A stretch of 64,000 bases of DNA from Octopus sinensis (Eukaryota). Below the pieces are notes generated by a model that was given only the letters and a program-made list of their open reading frames with translations, was not told the DNA's origin and did not search any database. Shown here one piece after another: positions 1 through 13,335 of this stretch (its first letter is position 1; each line of letters begins with the position of its first letter). The DNA lies in the NCBI RefSeq assembly GCF_006345805.1, contig NC_042997.1, positions 204,414,001 to 204,478,000 of the forward strand, in the 5' to 3' direction. Made by a program: the position numbers and the translations under genes.

Positions 1-53
1 TCTGATGAAACTGTAATTTATATTGACAATGTGTGTGTGCATGCATATATATG

Positions 54-146
<93 letters not shown>

Positions 147-1091
147 TATATACATATATATATATATATACACATATAAATAGACACATATATATGTATG
201 TATATGTTGGTTGCAAATTTGATTTTGAGCATAACTATGTTCTCATTGCAGGCATATTCTTGTAACAGGCTTGACAGCATTTCTACCATGGGCACTCAGA
301 GGACTACACACACACACACACATACAAATATATATGTAATGTGTTTATATATATATATATTTATGTTTATAGGTGTGTGTGTATTCTTTTATTCTTTTAC
401 TTGTTTCAGTCATTAGACTGCGGCCATGCTGGGGCACCGAAAGCATGGACTATAGTAGTTTAAAATTTTTTTATGCATGGTACTTATTCTATTCATCTCT
501 TTTGCCAAACTGCTAAGTTGCATTAAACACACCAACACTGGTTGCCAAGTGGTGGTAGTGGTTGTGGGGGGCACACACACACATACACACACATGTATAT
601 ATATACATGTATATATGATGGGCTTCTTTCAGTTTCCAAATCCACTTACAAGTCTTTGATTGGCCTGAGGCTGCAGTAGAAGACACTTGCCTAAGGTGCC
701 ACTCAGTGGGACTGAATTTGGAACCACGTGGCTGGGAAGTAAGCTTCTTACCATACAAAAACAATCCATACAACAACTATTCATATATATATATATATAT
801 ATGAATAGGTAGCTACATTAATATTTATGCAACATATTAAGCAAGTTCTCAATATGATAAAGTAGAGCATAATATAATTTATTTATTGTTGAGATCTTAG
901 GGCTCACTACTCAGAGTTTACTAGTTTTGTTCACCAAAAAACTGAAATTCTAGATAGTGAATCAGAACAAGATTTCAGTTCCATATGTCTTATATTATTA
1001 TTATTATTTGTATCATGCCTAATGTTATATTTTTGCACTCAAGTCAGAATCAAATTTACAGAATTATGGTTGTTATCTGTAAAAGCATGAA

Positions 1092-1512
1092 GGCGCAGGA
1101 GTGGCTGTGTGGTAAGTAGCTTGCTTACCAGCCACATGGTTCCGGGTTCAGTCCCACTGCGTGGCACCTTGGGCAAAAGTCTTGTACTATAGCCTCGGGC
1201 CGACCAAAGCCTTGTGAGTGGATTTGGTAGACGGAAGCTGAAAGAAGCCCGTCGTATATATGTATATATATGTATGTGCATGTATGTTTGTGTGTCTGTG
1301 TTTGTCCCCCTAGCATTGTTTGACAATCGATGCTGGTGTGTTTATGTCCCCGTTACTTAGCAGTTCGGCAAAAGAGACTGATAGAATAAGTACTGGGCTT
1401 ACAAAGAATAAGTCCCGGAGTCGAGTTGCTCGACTAAAGGCGGTGCTCCAGCATGGCCACAGTCAAATGACTGAAACAAGTAAAAGAGTAAAAGAGTAAA
1501 GAGTAAAAGAGT
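1092..1512 (+). mobile_element. tRNA-derived SINE family A, full length, 31-bp TSD
   Basis: Head ggcgcaggagtggctgtgtggtaag...ggttcagtccc (Pol III A/B-box-like), internal (TA/TG)n, (GTAAAAGA)n tail; direct repeats at 1062-1092 and 1513-1543. Confidence 0.9.
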
Positions 1513-1691
1513 AATTATGGTTGTTGTCTGTGAAAGCATGAAGAGCTGTGTGATGGTATCCTTTCTCTTACATGAGTCATACATACACAAATATACTATG
1601 TGGTTTTATCCACACCCATATTTCACATGATTTTACATACATGTATCTGTTACACCTTTACCATACACACACACACATGCACACACACACA

Positions 1692-1731
<40 letters not shown>

Positions 1732-2379
1732 ATACAAACCTTCTCATACAAGTGTACATTATATGATTTCGCATGTGTGCATGTTATATAATTTTTACAT
1801 GTGCACACACATATCACATAATTTTACTTGCACACATATATGATTTTACCTATATACATATATTTCATGTTGCATATATACATATATTGTATGATTATAA
1901 ATACATGCATATATTACATGATTTTACATACCTATATTACATGATTTCTGAACATGCTCATACATTTCATAATTTTATGTATACATATATTACATGATTT
2001 TATCTACATTCATACATTACATGATTTTCTTCGAGTGCGTGTACTGTAAGAAATTATATTCATGTCTACTGTGCTTAGGAAAATAGACTTGAGATGTAGC
2101 AGTGTAGCTGAATTAATAAACATTAAATAGACAATGGAAGAAGTATTAGTATTACGAATAACATTTGAGATCTCAATTTGCATAACTGCTCTACTCTGAT
2201 AACAACTACCAGAACTATCATTACGAGACAGATTTAAATTTGTATTTGTAGATCAGTTATCATTTAGAGATTAGTGTCATCATAAGACTGTTGTTTAATT
2301 AAGCCCTAATAAATGACAAAAGAACAGTAGGTTCATATTTCTTAAAGGACTTGGAATGTAATGACATCTATATATATAT

Positions 2380-2875
2380 ATTTATAAATGAGGGTGAAAA
2401 ATTGATATTAATTTAATAATACCATTAATTTAACACCGAGTGGCTTAGCACAAAAAAAACTATGGAGAAAATACAAATTTATACATAAATTATTAGAGAG
2501 TTAACCACTATGTGGATAGCTCTTGTGCTAAAAATAGCTCCGATAGTATAGCCACAGAAAAAGATGTTTCCAATTAGAAATAACATACATCTAACGGAAG
2601 GAAAGTGAAATATAACGAATAAATAGATTGACCCTGAACAAATTGTTTCATTACTAATGTAATATGTAATTTTACTTACATACACATCTATAAATCATCA
2701 GCAGAGGTTTGTCTTAAATACAATTAATTAGACCGACACGAGCGTCAAAAACACATGCGGTTTAACGAATTGCATTTTTAGTTATGCCTCAATTGGAAAC
2801 ATCTTTTTCTGTGGCTATACTATCGGGGCTATTTTTAGCACTAGAGTTATCCACATAGTGGTTAACTCTCTAATA

Positions 2876-2880
<5 letters not shown>
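2380..2880. mobile_element. (TA)n-embedded element with 89-bp inverted arms enclosing a hammerhead
   Basis: Arms 2487-2575 and 2791-2879 are near-perfect reverse complements; TA arrays on both sides. Confidence 0.8.
2632..2707 (-). ncRNA. Type I hammerhead ribozyme motif, intact core, extended stem II
   Basis: Minus strand: CTCTG-CTGATGA-[tttatagatgtg TATGTAA gtaaaa TTACATA ttacattagtaat]-GAAAC-AATTT-GTT-CAGGG. Stem I CTCTG/CAGGG (one G.U), near-palindromic stem III, GUU triplet. Confidence 0.7.
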
Positions 2881-2921
<41 letters not shown>

Positions 2922-2922
<1 letters not shown>

Positions 2923-3220
2923 GAGGCGCAATGGCCTAGTGGTTAGGGCAGCGGACTTGTGGTTTCGATTCCCAGACCGGGTGTTGTGAGTGTTTATTGA
3001 GCGAAAACACCTAAAAGCTCCACGAAGCTCCGGCAGGGGTGGGGGGGGGTGATCCCTGCTGTACTCTTTCACCACTCTTTCTCCCACTCTTTCTTCTGTT
3101 GGCCTGCTCACTTAGCCAGCGGGGTGGCGTCATTTGAAGGCTAAAACAATGCAAAGCTCATTGTGACCAGCGATGTGTAGCAACACCTGATGGTCTGGTC
3201 GGTCACGGTGATCACGGTGA
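2922..3220 (+). mobile_element. tRNA-derived SINE family B (tail type 1) inserted in (TA)n
   Basis: Head ggaggcgcaatggcctagtggttagggcagcggac...gtttcgattccc; closely matches 39248-39548. Confidence 0.9.
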
Positions 3221-3230
3221 TATATATATA

Positions 3231-3261
<31 letters not shown>

Positions 3262-5149
3262 AAACTAAAGGAATATATAAGCATCCTAAAATTATTTGTC
3301 CGTTTCTTATATGTTTGATGATGACACAAGTGTCTAGAAATGTTTATTGTATAGAAAAAAGGATCAGTGGACTGACAGACTTGGTAGAGCAGCTAACCAA
3401 ATACCTTACAATATTTATTTACATCTTTATTTCCCTGAGTTCAAATCCTGCTTATGTCAACTTTGACTTTCATGTTCCAAGGTTGATAAAATCTATATTA
3501 CCAATACCAGAATGTCTGCTATTATGCAAGGCTGTTGAAATAAGGTTTAAAGTTTGACATAGCTTGTATATTTAATCAGAAAATTTGAAACAACAGTAAT
3601 GACATCCTGTTTCATGTTTGTTTCACATTGAATAATAATAAACGTTGATATAGCAAATTAATTGTAAACTTTGGAGGTTTCATGTCTCCATTCAATGGGC
3701 AAGACATTAATCTACATCTGTTGATAAGGATCCAATATGGAAGTCAGGGATTTTTGGGGGTGTGTATATTAACCCCTTAGTGAAGTTTACTCCGAGGGTG
3801 GCAGTAGCTGTCAAAGATCCCAGTTATGAGTCAATGAACAGATGGTCCTGTGGCTGAGGCATGCAGGTCACAGAGAGGAGATCTGGCCCCTAGTCATGTG
3901 TCACACAGGCCTACAGGTGTGTGGATATATCCTGATGTTATGTGAATGTGTCCCTATGCCTAGGAGTTAAATAAACCTCAAAGGTAAACTTGGGAGTGCC
4001 AGAGACGAGCTGAGGAAAGGGTAAATAAACAGGCTGAAGGCAACGGGGAACCAATTCTGTGTCTTTCCCAAGAAAAATCAAGAATCTTTAGACTTTATGT
4101 AACAATATAATTACCAGCACAAAAATGTGTTATGTTGTGTGGAGGAAGGGATAGGAAAGATGGAAGTTCATGATTGCTGATGCTTTTAGGCATGGTGCAG
4201 AGAGAGATAGAGGGGGGAGAGGGAGAGAGAGGGAGAGAGGGGAAGAGGGAGAGGGAGGGAGAGAGAGGATTTCTTTACCATTATTTAACGTCAATTTGTC
4301 CATGTTTGCGTGGGTCAGATGGAATTTACTGAAGTAGATTTGCTACTACCAGATGCCCTTCCTATCAGCAACCTTCATCTGTTTCCCCTTGGTCAGATAA
4401 GTTTTTCCACAAAAGATTAGACAAAATCACTTGTGTGATGGTAATGCTCATTTACAACCATCACATGATGTCAAAGTAAAGGTACACACACACACACACA
4501 CACGAGATGGGATTCTACTCAGTTTCTGTCAACCAAATCTACTCATAAGGCTTTGGCTGGCTTGGCACTATAGTAGAAGACATGTGTGAAAGTTGCCACG
4601 AAGTGGTTCTGAACTAATGATTCGTGGTTGGGAAGGAAACCTCTGAACCACATGACTGCAATTTTTTGCAATGGAACAAAACCACAAATTTCCTTCATCA
4701 TCATCATTGTAATTGTTTAACGTCCACCTTTAACGATGATGATGATAAGGATGAATGAAATTTGTAGTTAGAGATTGTAATTTGTTTGGTTTAAACTCAG
4801 AGCTACACTCTTAGTTTATTGAATCTGGAATCATAAGAGGCAAAGTAAGATTTGATGGGTTTTGAATTCAGAATGTAAAAGGATAGAACTAAATAGCAAA
4901 GGGCTTTCTGCCAAGCACTCTACCAATTAAGCCAATCCTAAATAGAAAGCTAGCATCAGTTCCAAACTCTGTTTTAATGCTGATGTAATAGATTGAAGTA
5001 AAGAAAATTAGATGTGTAGTCACTGTTTCATGATACAGAGTCAAGCTGAAACCTTTTAAATTATATTTGAAGGTATTTTAAGTCTGTAACTGAATAGCCA
5101 CAGAAGAGCAAAGAAGCCCCCAATTTAGATCCCAATGCACTTGCCTTGC

Positions 5150-5845
5150 TTTGTCTATTCCCATCGTCCTTGCCAAGGGTCAGGGACCATGCATGTATCA
5201 TCTTTCTTCATGGTTGTGCATTTGGTGAGCTCTTCCAGTCCATTCTTTGTGGTCATCCAGCAAATATTTTCTCAGTCTCCCCAGTTCTGGTGGTTCTTCC
5301 CTCTCTTCAATGTGAATGCTACGATTCTGGGCCATGATGACATACCAAGCACCGCAGCTCTTTCTTCCCGTTTTCTCAAGTATTGACTGAAATGGTCAGC
5401 CCAGCTGATCCTCAGTACTCCTTGGTAGCACATTGTTTCAAACACTGAGTTTCGTAGAGTTGTTTGCTTTCAGGATTCAGCTTTCACATTCCACATAGTG
5501 CAACAGGTCAGATCAGTGTCTTCATAAGCTATAATTTGTTGTTCTTATTAAGAGCTTTGTCTTTCCAGGTTATAGTGAATGACTTTAAAGCTGATCTTAC
5601 TGTCCTGAGTTGTACTCTTAATTCATAACCTCCATCTCTTAATGATAGTTACCTGATATTTGAACTTGGTGACCCGTTCTAACGTTACTCCTTGGAATTG
5701 GATATTGCATTGATGATATGACTTTTGTCTTCTTTGCATTGATTTCTAGTTTGTGTTCAGTCAATACACTTTGCAGCTTGTCCAGTAATCACTGTATCAC
5801 ATCTGGCAATGTTTATGATAAGGATTATTTTGTCAGCAAACCATA
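5150..5845 (-). mobile_element. Decayed RTE-clade LINE, RT C-terminal part
   Basis: Minus-strand translation with stops and frameshifts: FADK...LEINAKKTK...GVTLERVTKFKY...TWKDK...LMKTLI.PVA. Confidence 0.7.
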
Positions 5846-8449
5846 TTTGCTTTTAATTCTTCATTATTGTAGTAATGATTAAAGGAGTCATTTTAAAGTA
5901 ATTAAAGTTTAGAACATAACTGAGTGATATTTTATGGTACATCTATTCCTATTTAATGAAATAATTCTTTGCAAATTAATGAAATGATATTTAAGTAAAA
6001 GATGGATAAAGACTTTTCTAGCATTGTAATTTTACAACTGATTTCTAACACAGGCAGAAGGCTGGCTACACATTTTGGAGAAGGATATAATTGATTGAGT
6101 TAGCCCCAGTGCTTGATTAATACTTTTTAAAAAATATATATTATTGTCTCTAAAGAATAAAGGTAGGAAGCCTAATAGCTAGGGTGTTGCACTCATGAAT
6201 GTAAGATTGTGGTTTTGATTCCTGGACTGGGTGCTGTGTTGTGTTCATTAAGCAAAGCACTTCATTGCTGTTCCAGTCCACTCAGCAATAGCTGGGGAAG
6301 TTGATCCTGCAATGGTCCAGCATTCTACTCAGCAGGTGAGTGTAATGATCTCAGCCACTTACACACCATAGAAACCGGGTTAAGTCCTGGGGATCAGAAT
6401 AGGCCTAAGTCTAAGAAGAATGACAAAACTGACCTTAGTAAGGATTGAGCTCAGAAACATAAAGCACTGTAAGTAAATGCTGCAAAGCAATTAGTCTGAT
6501 GCTTTAAGAATTCTGCTAATCTAACTACAACTTGATTTACTTTAATATCTAATGATATAAATCCTAGAGAGCCACTGATCTCTCTGACCTAAGTATGGTC
6601 AGTTTTGTATCACATACTCAATATCCAGACAATATTATATAAACTGTTGTTTCTGTTTTGATGTTAATGTTTTCATCAGTGTGAAATATTAATTATCTTT
6701 GTCAGAGAGAAGAAGCAACTGACTGGAAAGTCCTCTCTTCAATAACTGATACTTGGGCTATGTATTTTTATGGCTTACTCAGAGAAGGAAAGGTAGTGTC
6801 TATGAACTTTTCCAGAGTCTCTAAAACTGGAGAAGGCTATCTTTAAATCAGATGCCTTGTTCAACTCTCTGCAACACAGTAATTTCTGCTGAAGAATCTA
6901 AGGTGGGTTAAACCAAGTGATTGATTAAGTTTAGCTCTAAGTCAGCTCTGATCAAGTCAGCTCTGATCAAGCTGACTTGTGATGATCTTATCACTTTTTG
7001 ATTATCATCATCATCATCATCATCATCATTAGTATTGTTATTATTATTATTACATAAATATTGGAGTCACTTGCAAAAAGATTAAAGAGAGATAGAATTA
7101 GTCCTAGATTCTTGGAAACCTTTCCTTTCCTAAGACTATTTTGTCAAATGTGTCCTTTCATTTTTTAAAAGATGGTGTGATAATGATACTTGGAAGGGAT
7201 TTTACTACTATTTTTAAAAAGCGAAGCCACCACATAGTCCCTCTCTTATGAATAAAAGATAATGGTTCAAGTCTTATGAAGTTTAGAATTAAGCAATTTT
7301 AGTTATATACTTCTGACAACTTCAAGATATTTGTTGTCTGATTTCCAATAAAGAAATTTTCTCTTAATTAAATAAACTGTCATTTTATTCAGAACCTCCT
7401 TGTTAAGTGATGTAAATGTCACAAAATAACATATTTATTTTTCGTAAACTAATTGTCATTGCTTTAGTACCTGTTAGCCCATCTGATGCAGCTTTGACTG
7501 GGAAAATATTTTTGTGTGAAGGTGGGGGAGTGGGGATGAGAACGTTTAACTTTGTTAGTCTATCGAAGCTTTGCTGAGACCAATAGTATTTCAGAAATGA
7601 GAAGGCATTTTTTGAAACGTGACAGATTGAAAGCGAGTGAGTGAAAATAAGGTTAAAGTAAAGCTGAAGTGAACGGGAAGGTCTTGATAAAGGGTGAGAA
7701 CGAAAGAAAGAAAGGAAGAAGAGAAAGAGAGAGGGAAAGAGAGGAAGGGAGTGAAGCCATATAATTAAGGAACAAGGAAGATTAATTGTCAAAATTTGGT
7801 TATTAATGCATTGGAAGCAGACAATTATTTGACAAGATAATTTATTTCAGAACTAGTGAGTACAGTTGTGCAGCAGATAGGGTCATTTGTTACATGGAGA
7901 CACATCAAGTTAGCAACACACATAAAAAAAAACAGACACATAATTGACAGTTATTGGTCTATTAAATGAATGCAGCTTTAAGTGTTATGGTCAACTATTT
8001 AATATTTAGAAGATAAAAATTAAAATTAACTAATTTCAGTTTAAAATATTTTCTGATTAATTTGAAATATTATTATTATTTTTTTTGCTTAGGAAAAGAT
8101 TATTTGTTACAAAAAGGGTCAGAAAGAGTAATCCTGTTATGTATTTATTTCTCAATAAAACCATGTCACCAAGTGTAAACTGTTGCTGGTAGAAAATAGG
8201 TTTTAATAGATTAGCAAAAAACATGTATGAACATATGTAATTATCTAAAAAGTTAATTATTAAATGTAAAACTGCTAAATACTCTACAAAAATCAGAAGC
8301 AAATTACTCGGTGTGTGTGTGTGTGTGTATACATACTTATACATATAAATATACATGCATATACATATATACATACATACATACATAAATACATACATTT
8401 CATATACACACACACATATTTATAAATGTATGTATGTATGTATGTATAT

Positions 8450-8491
<42 letters not shown>

Positions 8492-8831
8492 CATATGTAT
8501 ATGTATATTTATATGTATATATATGTATCTATTTATATATATATATATATATATGTCTCTCTATATATATGAAAAATTGAAGGAAAGAAAGTGAAAAAGA
8601 TATTAAAATTATGAGATTATATGAAAATATTTACTATAAAAGAAGAAAATTTATTATTTGACATTTTCAAAAACAGTTTCTTTTTTTGCTCTCTATTATT
8701 TGAAAATTGATACTAATTATAGTATGTAATATTAGCATAAATCACATTCTATGTTCAAGTGAGTTTTGCTTCAGTGCAGACACATTGTGTGTGTGTATAT
8801 GTATATAAATATATGTATGTATGTATGTATG

Positions 8832-8870
<39 letters not shown>

Positions 8871-8883
8871 GTATATATATATA

Positions 8884-9206
8884 CAGGTACCAAATCTCTT
8901 ATCTAGCAACCTTGGGACCAGAGGTGGTCTGGATTTCTGGATTTTTCCAAATTTCTGGACATAGGTTAAATATATACCGAAAATATAAAATAAACAATAT
9001 AAAATAAAATACAAAATTGTATAACATATACAAATTTAAACATTTCTAAAGCAGGGTCTGTTTGATTTGGCGTTGTGTGACGCATACACCACAGAAGCCA
9101 AAACAAAGCGGTCGCATGGTGAACTACTATAGCCAGCAAAATTCAAAGCTAGCCAGTTTCAAAAATAGCTGGATTTCTGGATTCCAGATAAGAAGTTCGG
9201 TACCTG
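8884..9206. mobile_element. Tc1/mariner-pogo-type MITE
   Basis: TA|CAGGTACCAAATCTCTTATCT...AGATAAGAAGTTCGGTACCTG|TA; inserted in (TA)n. Confidence 0.85.
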
Positions 9207-9218
9207 TACATATATACG

Positions 9219-9250
<32 letters not shown>

Positions 9251-9261
9251 CATATATATAT

Positions 9262-9353
<92 letters not shown>

Positions 9354-10692
9354 GTGTGTGTGTGTGTGTGTGTGTGGTGTGTGTGTGTGTGTGTATTGTT
9401 AGTATCTTTTTTTGCTTGTTATTATATTGTAGTCCTCCCATTATATAATCTAGATACATATTCTCAAAACATCTCTTAGCTCTAAAGAAATCTTTCAGAG
9501 CAAGACAATAGCAGTTTCTATACTCAAACTCTTATAGAAAATTACCTGGACCAGCCTAATTCCAGATACCTTTAGGTGTTCTGTCTAACAACAATTATAC
9601 ATAACTTGATGAATAAGATAAAAGCTTATCTGATAGAGCTTCAGTAATTATATTAACTTTGATAAACTATTTCTCCTTCAGTTCTAGATTTTTGTGGATT
9701 ACTGGAAGCCTGAGTCTTGCGGTCTATGGTAAAAAGCTAGATGAATAATGATGTTCTCAGTTTAAGACAAAGAAATAAAGAATCAGCAAACTTCCCACTT
9801 TATGGCAAATAACTAGACTAGTTTAAGATTCCCAGTTTATGAACAAAAATAACTTGAAACAAAAATGTGTTTGTAAAAAGAGTTACTAGTATTGGGGGAG
9901 GAAAAGCAAATGTTGGAATGTCTTTAAATCCATTCTTTAAATGAAATAAGCAACTGGATGTAAGAGGAGGCAGTGGATATCTTGAGAATAGAAGATAATT
10001 AGCAGGAAGCTGATTAAAAGCTGTTGGACATGCTTCATTGATAATTAGTTCAAAAATGAAATTATCTGAGTTGTTCCACAGGCAGTTGTTCAATGTGGAT
10101 AGTGACAGGCATTTGAAGAGGGCACAGGGAACTTCTCAGCATTGGGAATGTGTAGAAAGTTCTTAGAATCACGTGTCATCAATGTGACGATTGTGGGGCT
10201 GCAAGTTAATGACAGTGGGAGAGGTAGAGCAAAGATGTTAGTGTAGAAATAATATTTGCAGCTAGCTTTAGGGTATTAGAAGAGCCAGCATCATCTCAAG
10301 ATATAGAAAAATTGGTAATGGAAGATGTTGAGGGTTACAAATGTCTCAGAGTTTACTTGACATGTAGTTGGGGCACAAGCAGAAGTTGATGTTAAAATTG
10401 GCTTCAATTAGAAGGGGACATTTGACAAATATTTCCCATGAGTGTTGTGAGAAAGTCAATTAGATAAGTTAAGCAATGGGCAGCATCAGTATATGGTCTA
10501 TGAGACTTTCTCATCATAGCAGTTAAGAAGAATAAAAAAAAAAATTTAACTAAGACCCTAACATGTTATTATATTTAATCTATGAAAATTGTACCTTGGC
10601 ACACATACAATCCTATAGGGTTAGAATTTATTGAGATATATATGTGTATATATATATATAAATATAATATGGAACAATTATTTGGTAGCCAT

Positions 10693-10753
10693 GATAAAAC
10701 TCTGAGTTTTGGATGTCGGGGCGGAAACCCATGCTGGCATCTCTTCAGTTATC
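10693..10753 (-). ncRNA. Degenerate type I hammerhead motif in a TA-flanked element
   Basis: Minus strand: GATAA-CTGAAGA-GATG...CATC-C-AAAAC-TCAGA-GTT-TTATC. Stem I is 5 bp perfect; GAAA has become AAAA, consistent with CpG decay. Confidence 0.55.
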
Positions 10754-11639
10754 GGGCTATATATATATATATAATCATCATTTAACATCCATTTATATAT
10801 ACTTATATCATCCACTTCTTCATCATTTAATGCTCATATCTATCTATCCATCTATGTATCTATGTATCTATCTTTCTATCCATCTATCTATCTATCTATC
10901 TATCCTTTTATTTGTCATTGGATTTCAACCATCCTGAGGTGTTGCCCTGAAAGGTTTAATCGAACAAATCACTCCCAATACTAATTCTTTTAAAATGTTG
11001 CCTGGTACTTATTCTATTGGTCTCTTTTACAAAAGTACTAAGTTATGGGGATATGAATGAACCAACACTAGTTGCCAGGTGACATGGGAACAAACATATA
11101 ACCATGCACATACACACAACCACACATTTACAATGGGCTTCTTTCAGTTTGTTTCAACCAAATCCACTCACAAGACATTGGTCAGACTGAGACTATATTA
11201 GAAGACACTTGCCCAATGTGCCATAGAGTGGAACTGAACAAAAACCATGTAGTTGGAAAGCAAATATCTTATCATACAACCATATATATATATATATATA
11301 TATGGAGATATGATAAACCTATTATAATGGGTAACACTACATGTACTTTTCATAATGGGTAATACTACATGTACTTTTCATATTTTTTATATTGTGATGT
11401 AATTCTTTGGACTAACAATGTTTGCGGCTGAAGAGAGCTTTAAACCATCTTTTATATCAATAATACATGATGTAATAACGGATTGTTTATAAAGCTTGAA
11501 ACATGTGTACCGCGATAAATTTTGTGTTTTTTTTTTAATTTTATTTGATATATTCCCTCTCACCTCAGCCACTATCTGGCATATAAAGGTGCCCACACTT
11601 ATCAAGTATTCACCCTAAATTTACAGTACCTACTTGATA

Positions 11640-11689
<50 letters not shown>

Positions 11690-11857
11690 TATATATGTAA
11701 ATATATGTAAATGTATGTATGTATGCATTTGTGTGTTGGTCTTTCTTAGTCCTGGCAACTGACCAGAAAATGTTTCACTGAGGAAGTGTTGTTTTCACCA
11801 GTGTTACATATTTTATATGGAAACATTTCACGAATCAATGTTTTTCTATTATATACT

Positions 11858-11896
<39 letters not shown>

Positions 11897-11929
11897 CAAA
11901 ATAGGAAATGGAGAATACATTCTATTTGT

Positions 11930-12415
11930 ATGGCACGTGGCACATAAGAAAACCATCCGAACGTGGCCGTAGCCAGTACCGCATCGACTGGCCTCCGTGC
12001 TGTGGGCACGTAACAAGCACCATCCGATTGTGGCCGTTTTGCCAGCCAAATCTGGCACCTGTGTCGGTGCACATAAAAAACACCATCCGAGCGTGGCCGT
12101 CTGCCAGCCTCGTCTGGCACCTGTGTCGGTGGCACATAAAAAACACCATCCGAGCGTGGCCGTCTGCCAGCCTCGTCTGGCACCTGTGTCGGTGGCACAT
12201 AAAAAACACCATCCGAGCGTGGCCGTTGTCAGCCTCGTCTGGCACTGTGTCGGTGGCACATAAAATCACCCATACACTCTCGGAGTGGTTGGCGTTAGGA
12301 AGGGCATCCAGCTGTAGAAACACTGCCAGATATTGACTGGACTGGTGCAGCTTTCGGGCTCCCCAGACCCCAGTTGAACCGTCCAACCCATGCTAGCATG
12401 GAAAGTGGACGTTAA

Positions 12416-12445
<30 letters not shown>
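11930..12445 (+). mobile_element. RTE 3'-UTR-derived short element with 63-bp internal tandem repeats and (GAT)n tail
   Basis: Units start at 12081, 12144 and 12207; tail ccaacccatgctagcatggaaagtggacgttaaatgatgatgat. Related copies: 16784-16980(-), 17995-18232(+), 22152-22580(-), 28940-29310(-), 36925-37200(-), 38871-39110(-), 39820-40208(+), 55470-55722(+). Confidence 0.85.
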
Positions 12446-12447
<2 letters not shown>

Positions 12448-13208
12448 TTTGTGGTAAAATATTTTACCTTTCCCCATATAATACAGTAAATGAATTAATT
12501 GCATCGCAATTCTTAACATGTATGTATTAACTTTGTTGGGTACTTCACTAGCAGTATATTGGATATATGTTATCCCATGGAGGGTTGCATTTACAACCCC
12601 TATCTCAATTTGTATATATATATGTATATATCTTGGTCAGCTAAATCAAGTAGATGATGATAATGCTGATGATGAGGATGATTAGAATGGTGATAGTGGA
12701 GGTTGTGGTAAAATGATGGTCATGACAAAGCAGAATGAACCTAAAGTGCTCATAAGGTTGATGATTAAGAATGAATTCCTTGTGGTGCTATGCAATTTAA
12801 GCTAAAACTCAGGCTGAAGCTGGCCTGTCATGTTTAACACCATCAAGATATCTGTTTGGCAAACTGATAGAAATACATTTCACCCATCAACAATGTCAAT
12901 ATTTACTATAAACATTGCCCTAGCACTAGACTATCGAGATATCTGTTAATCCCTCGACCGCTTTATCACTTCAGATGTATTATTATTATTATTTTATATA
13001 CTTAACATTAATTCGACCCATGCCTGTTCATAGTATTAATACATAGATACATACATACATACATACTTGCATGTGTATGTGAGTACGTGTGAGTGTGTGT
13101 GTGTGAGTGCGTATGTATCTCTCTATATATCTGTCTGTCTTTTGGTTTATGTCTATCATTGTTTGAATTGCATAATAGTGGTTTTTTTCTCTAATTTATA
13201 TATGTATA

Positions 13209-13249
<41 letters not shown>

Positions 13250-13270
13250 GCATATATACATATATAGATA

Positions 13271-13335
<65 letters not shown>

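Noticed and set aside
1-15. CTGATGA at the window edge as a hammerhead
   Set aside because: No stem II or downstream GAAA arrangement, and the upstream flank is not visible.
3310-3352. TTGATGA-TGACAC aa GTGTCTA-GAAA as a hammerhead
   Set aside because: Core mutated and no convincing stem I or III; could be chance.
9860-10500. Possible ancient LINE endonuclease on the minus strand (PLLIEANFNIN)
   Set aside because: A single weak motif; not enough to call.
11849-12386. Overlapping ORFs with a 21-aa repeat; CRISPR-like look of the 63-bp units
   Set aside because: Head-to-tail tandem units with no unique spacers, inside an RTE-derived repeat; no cas genes; eukaryotic context.
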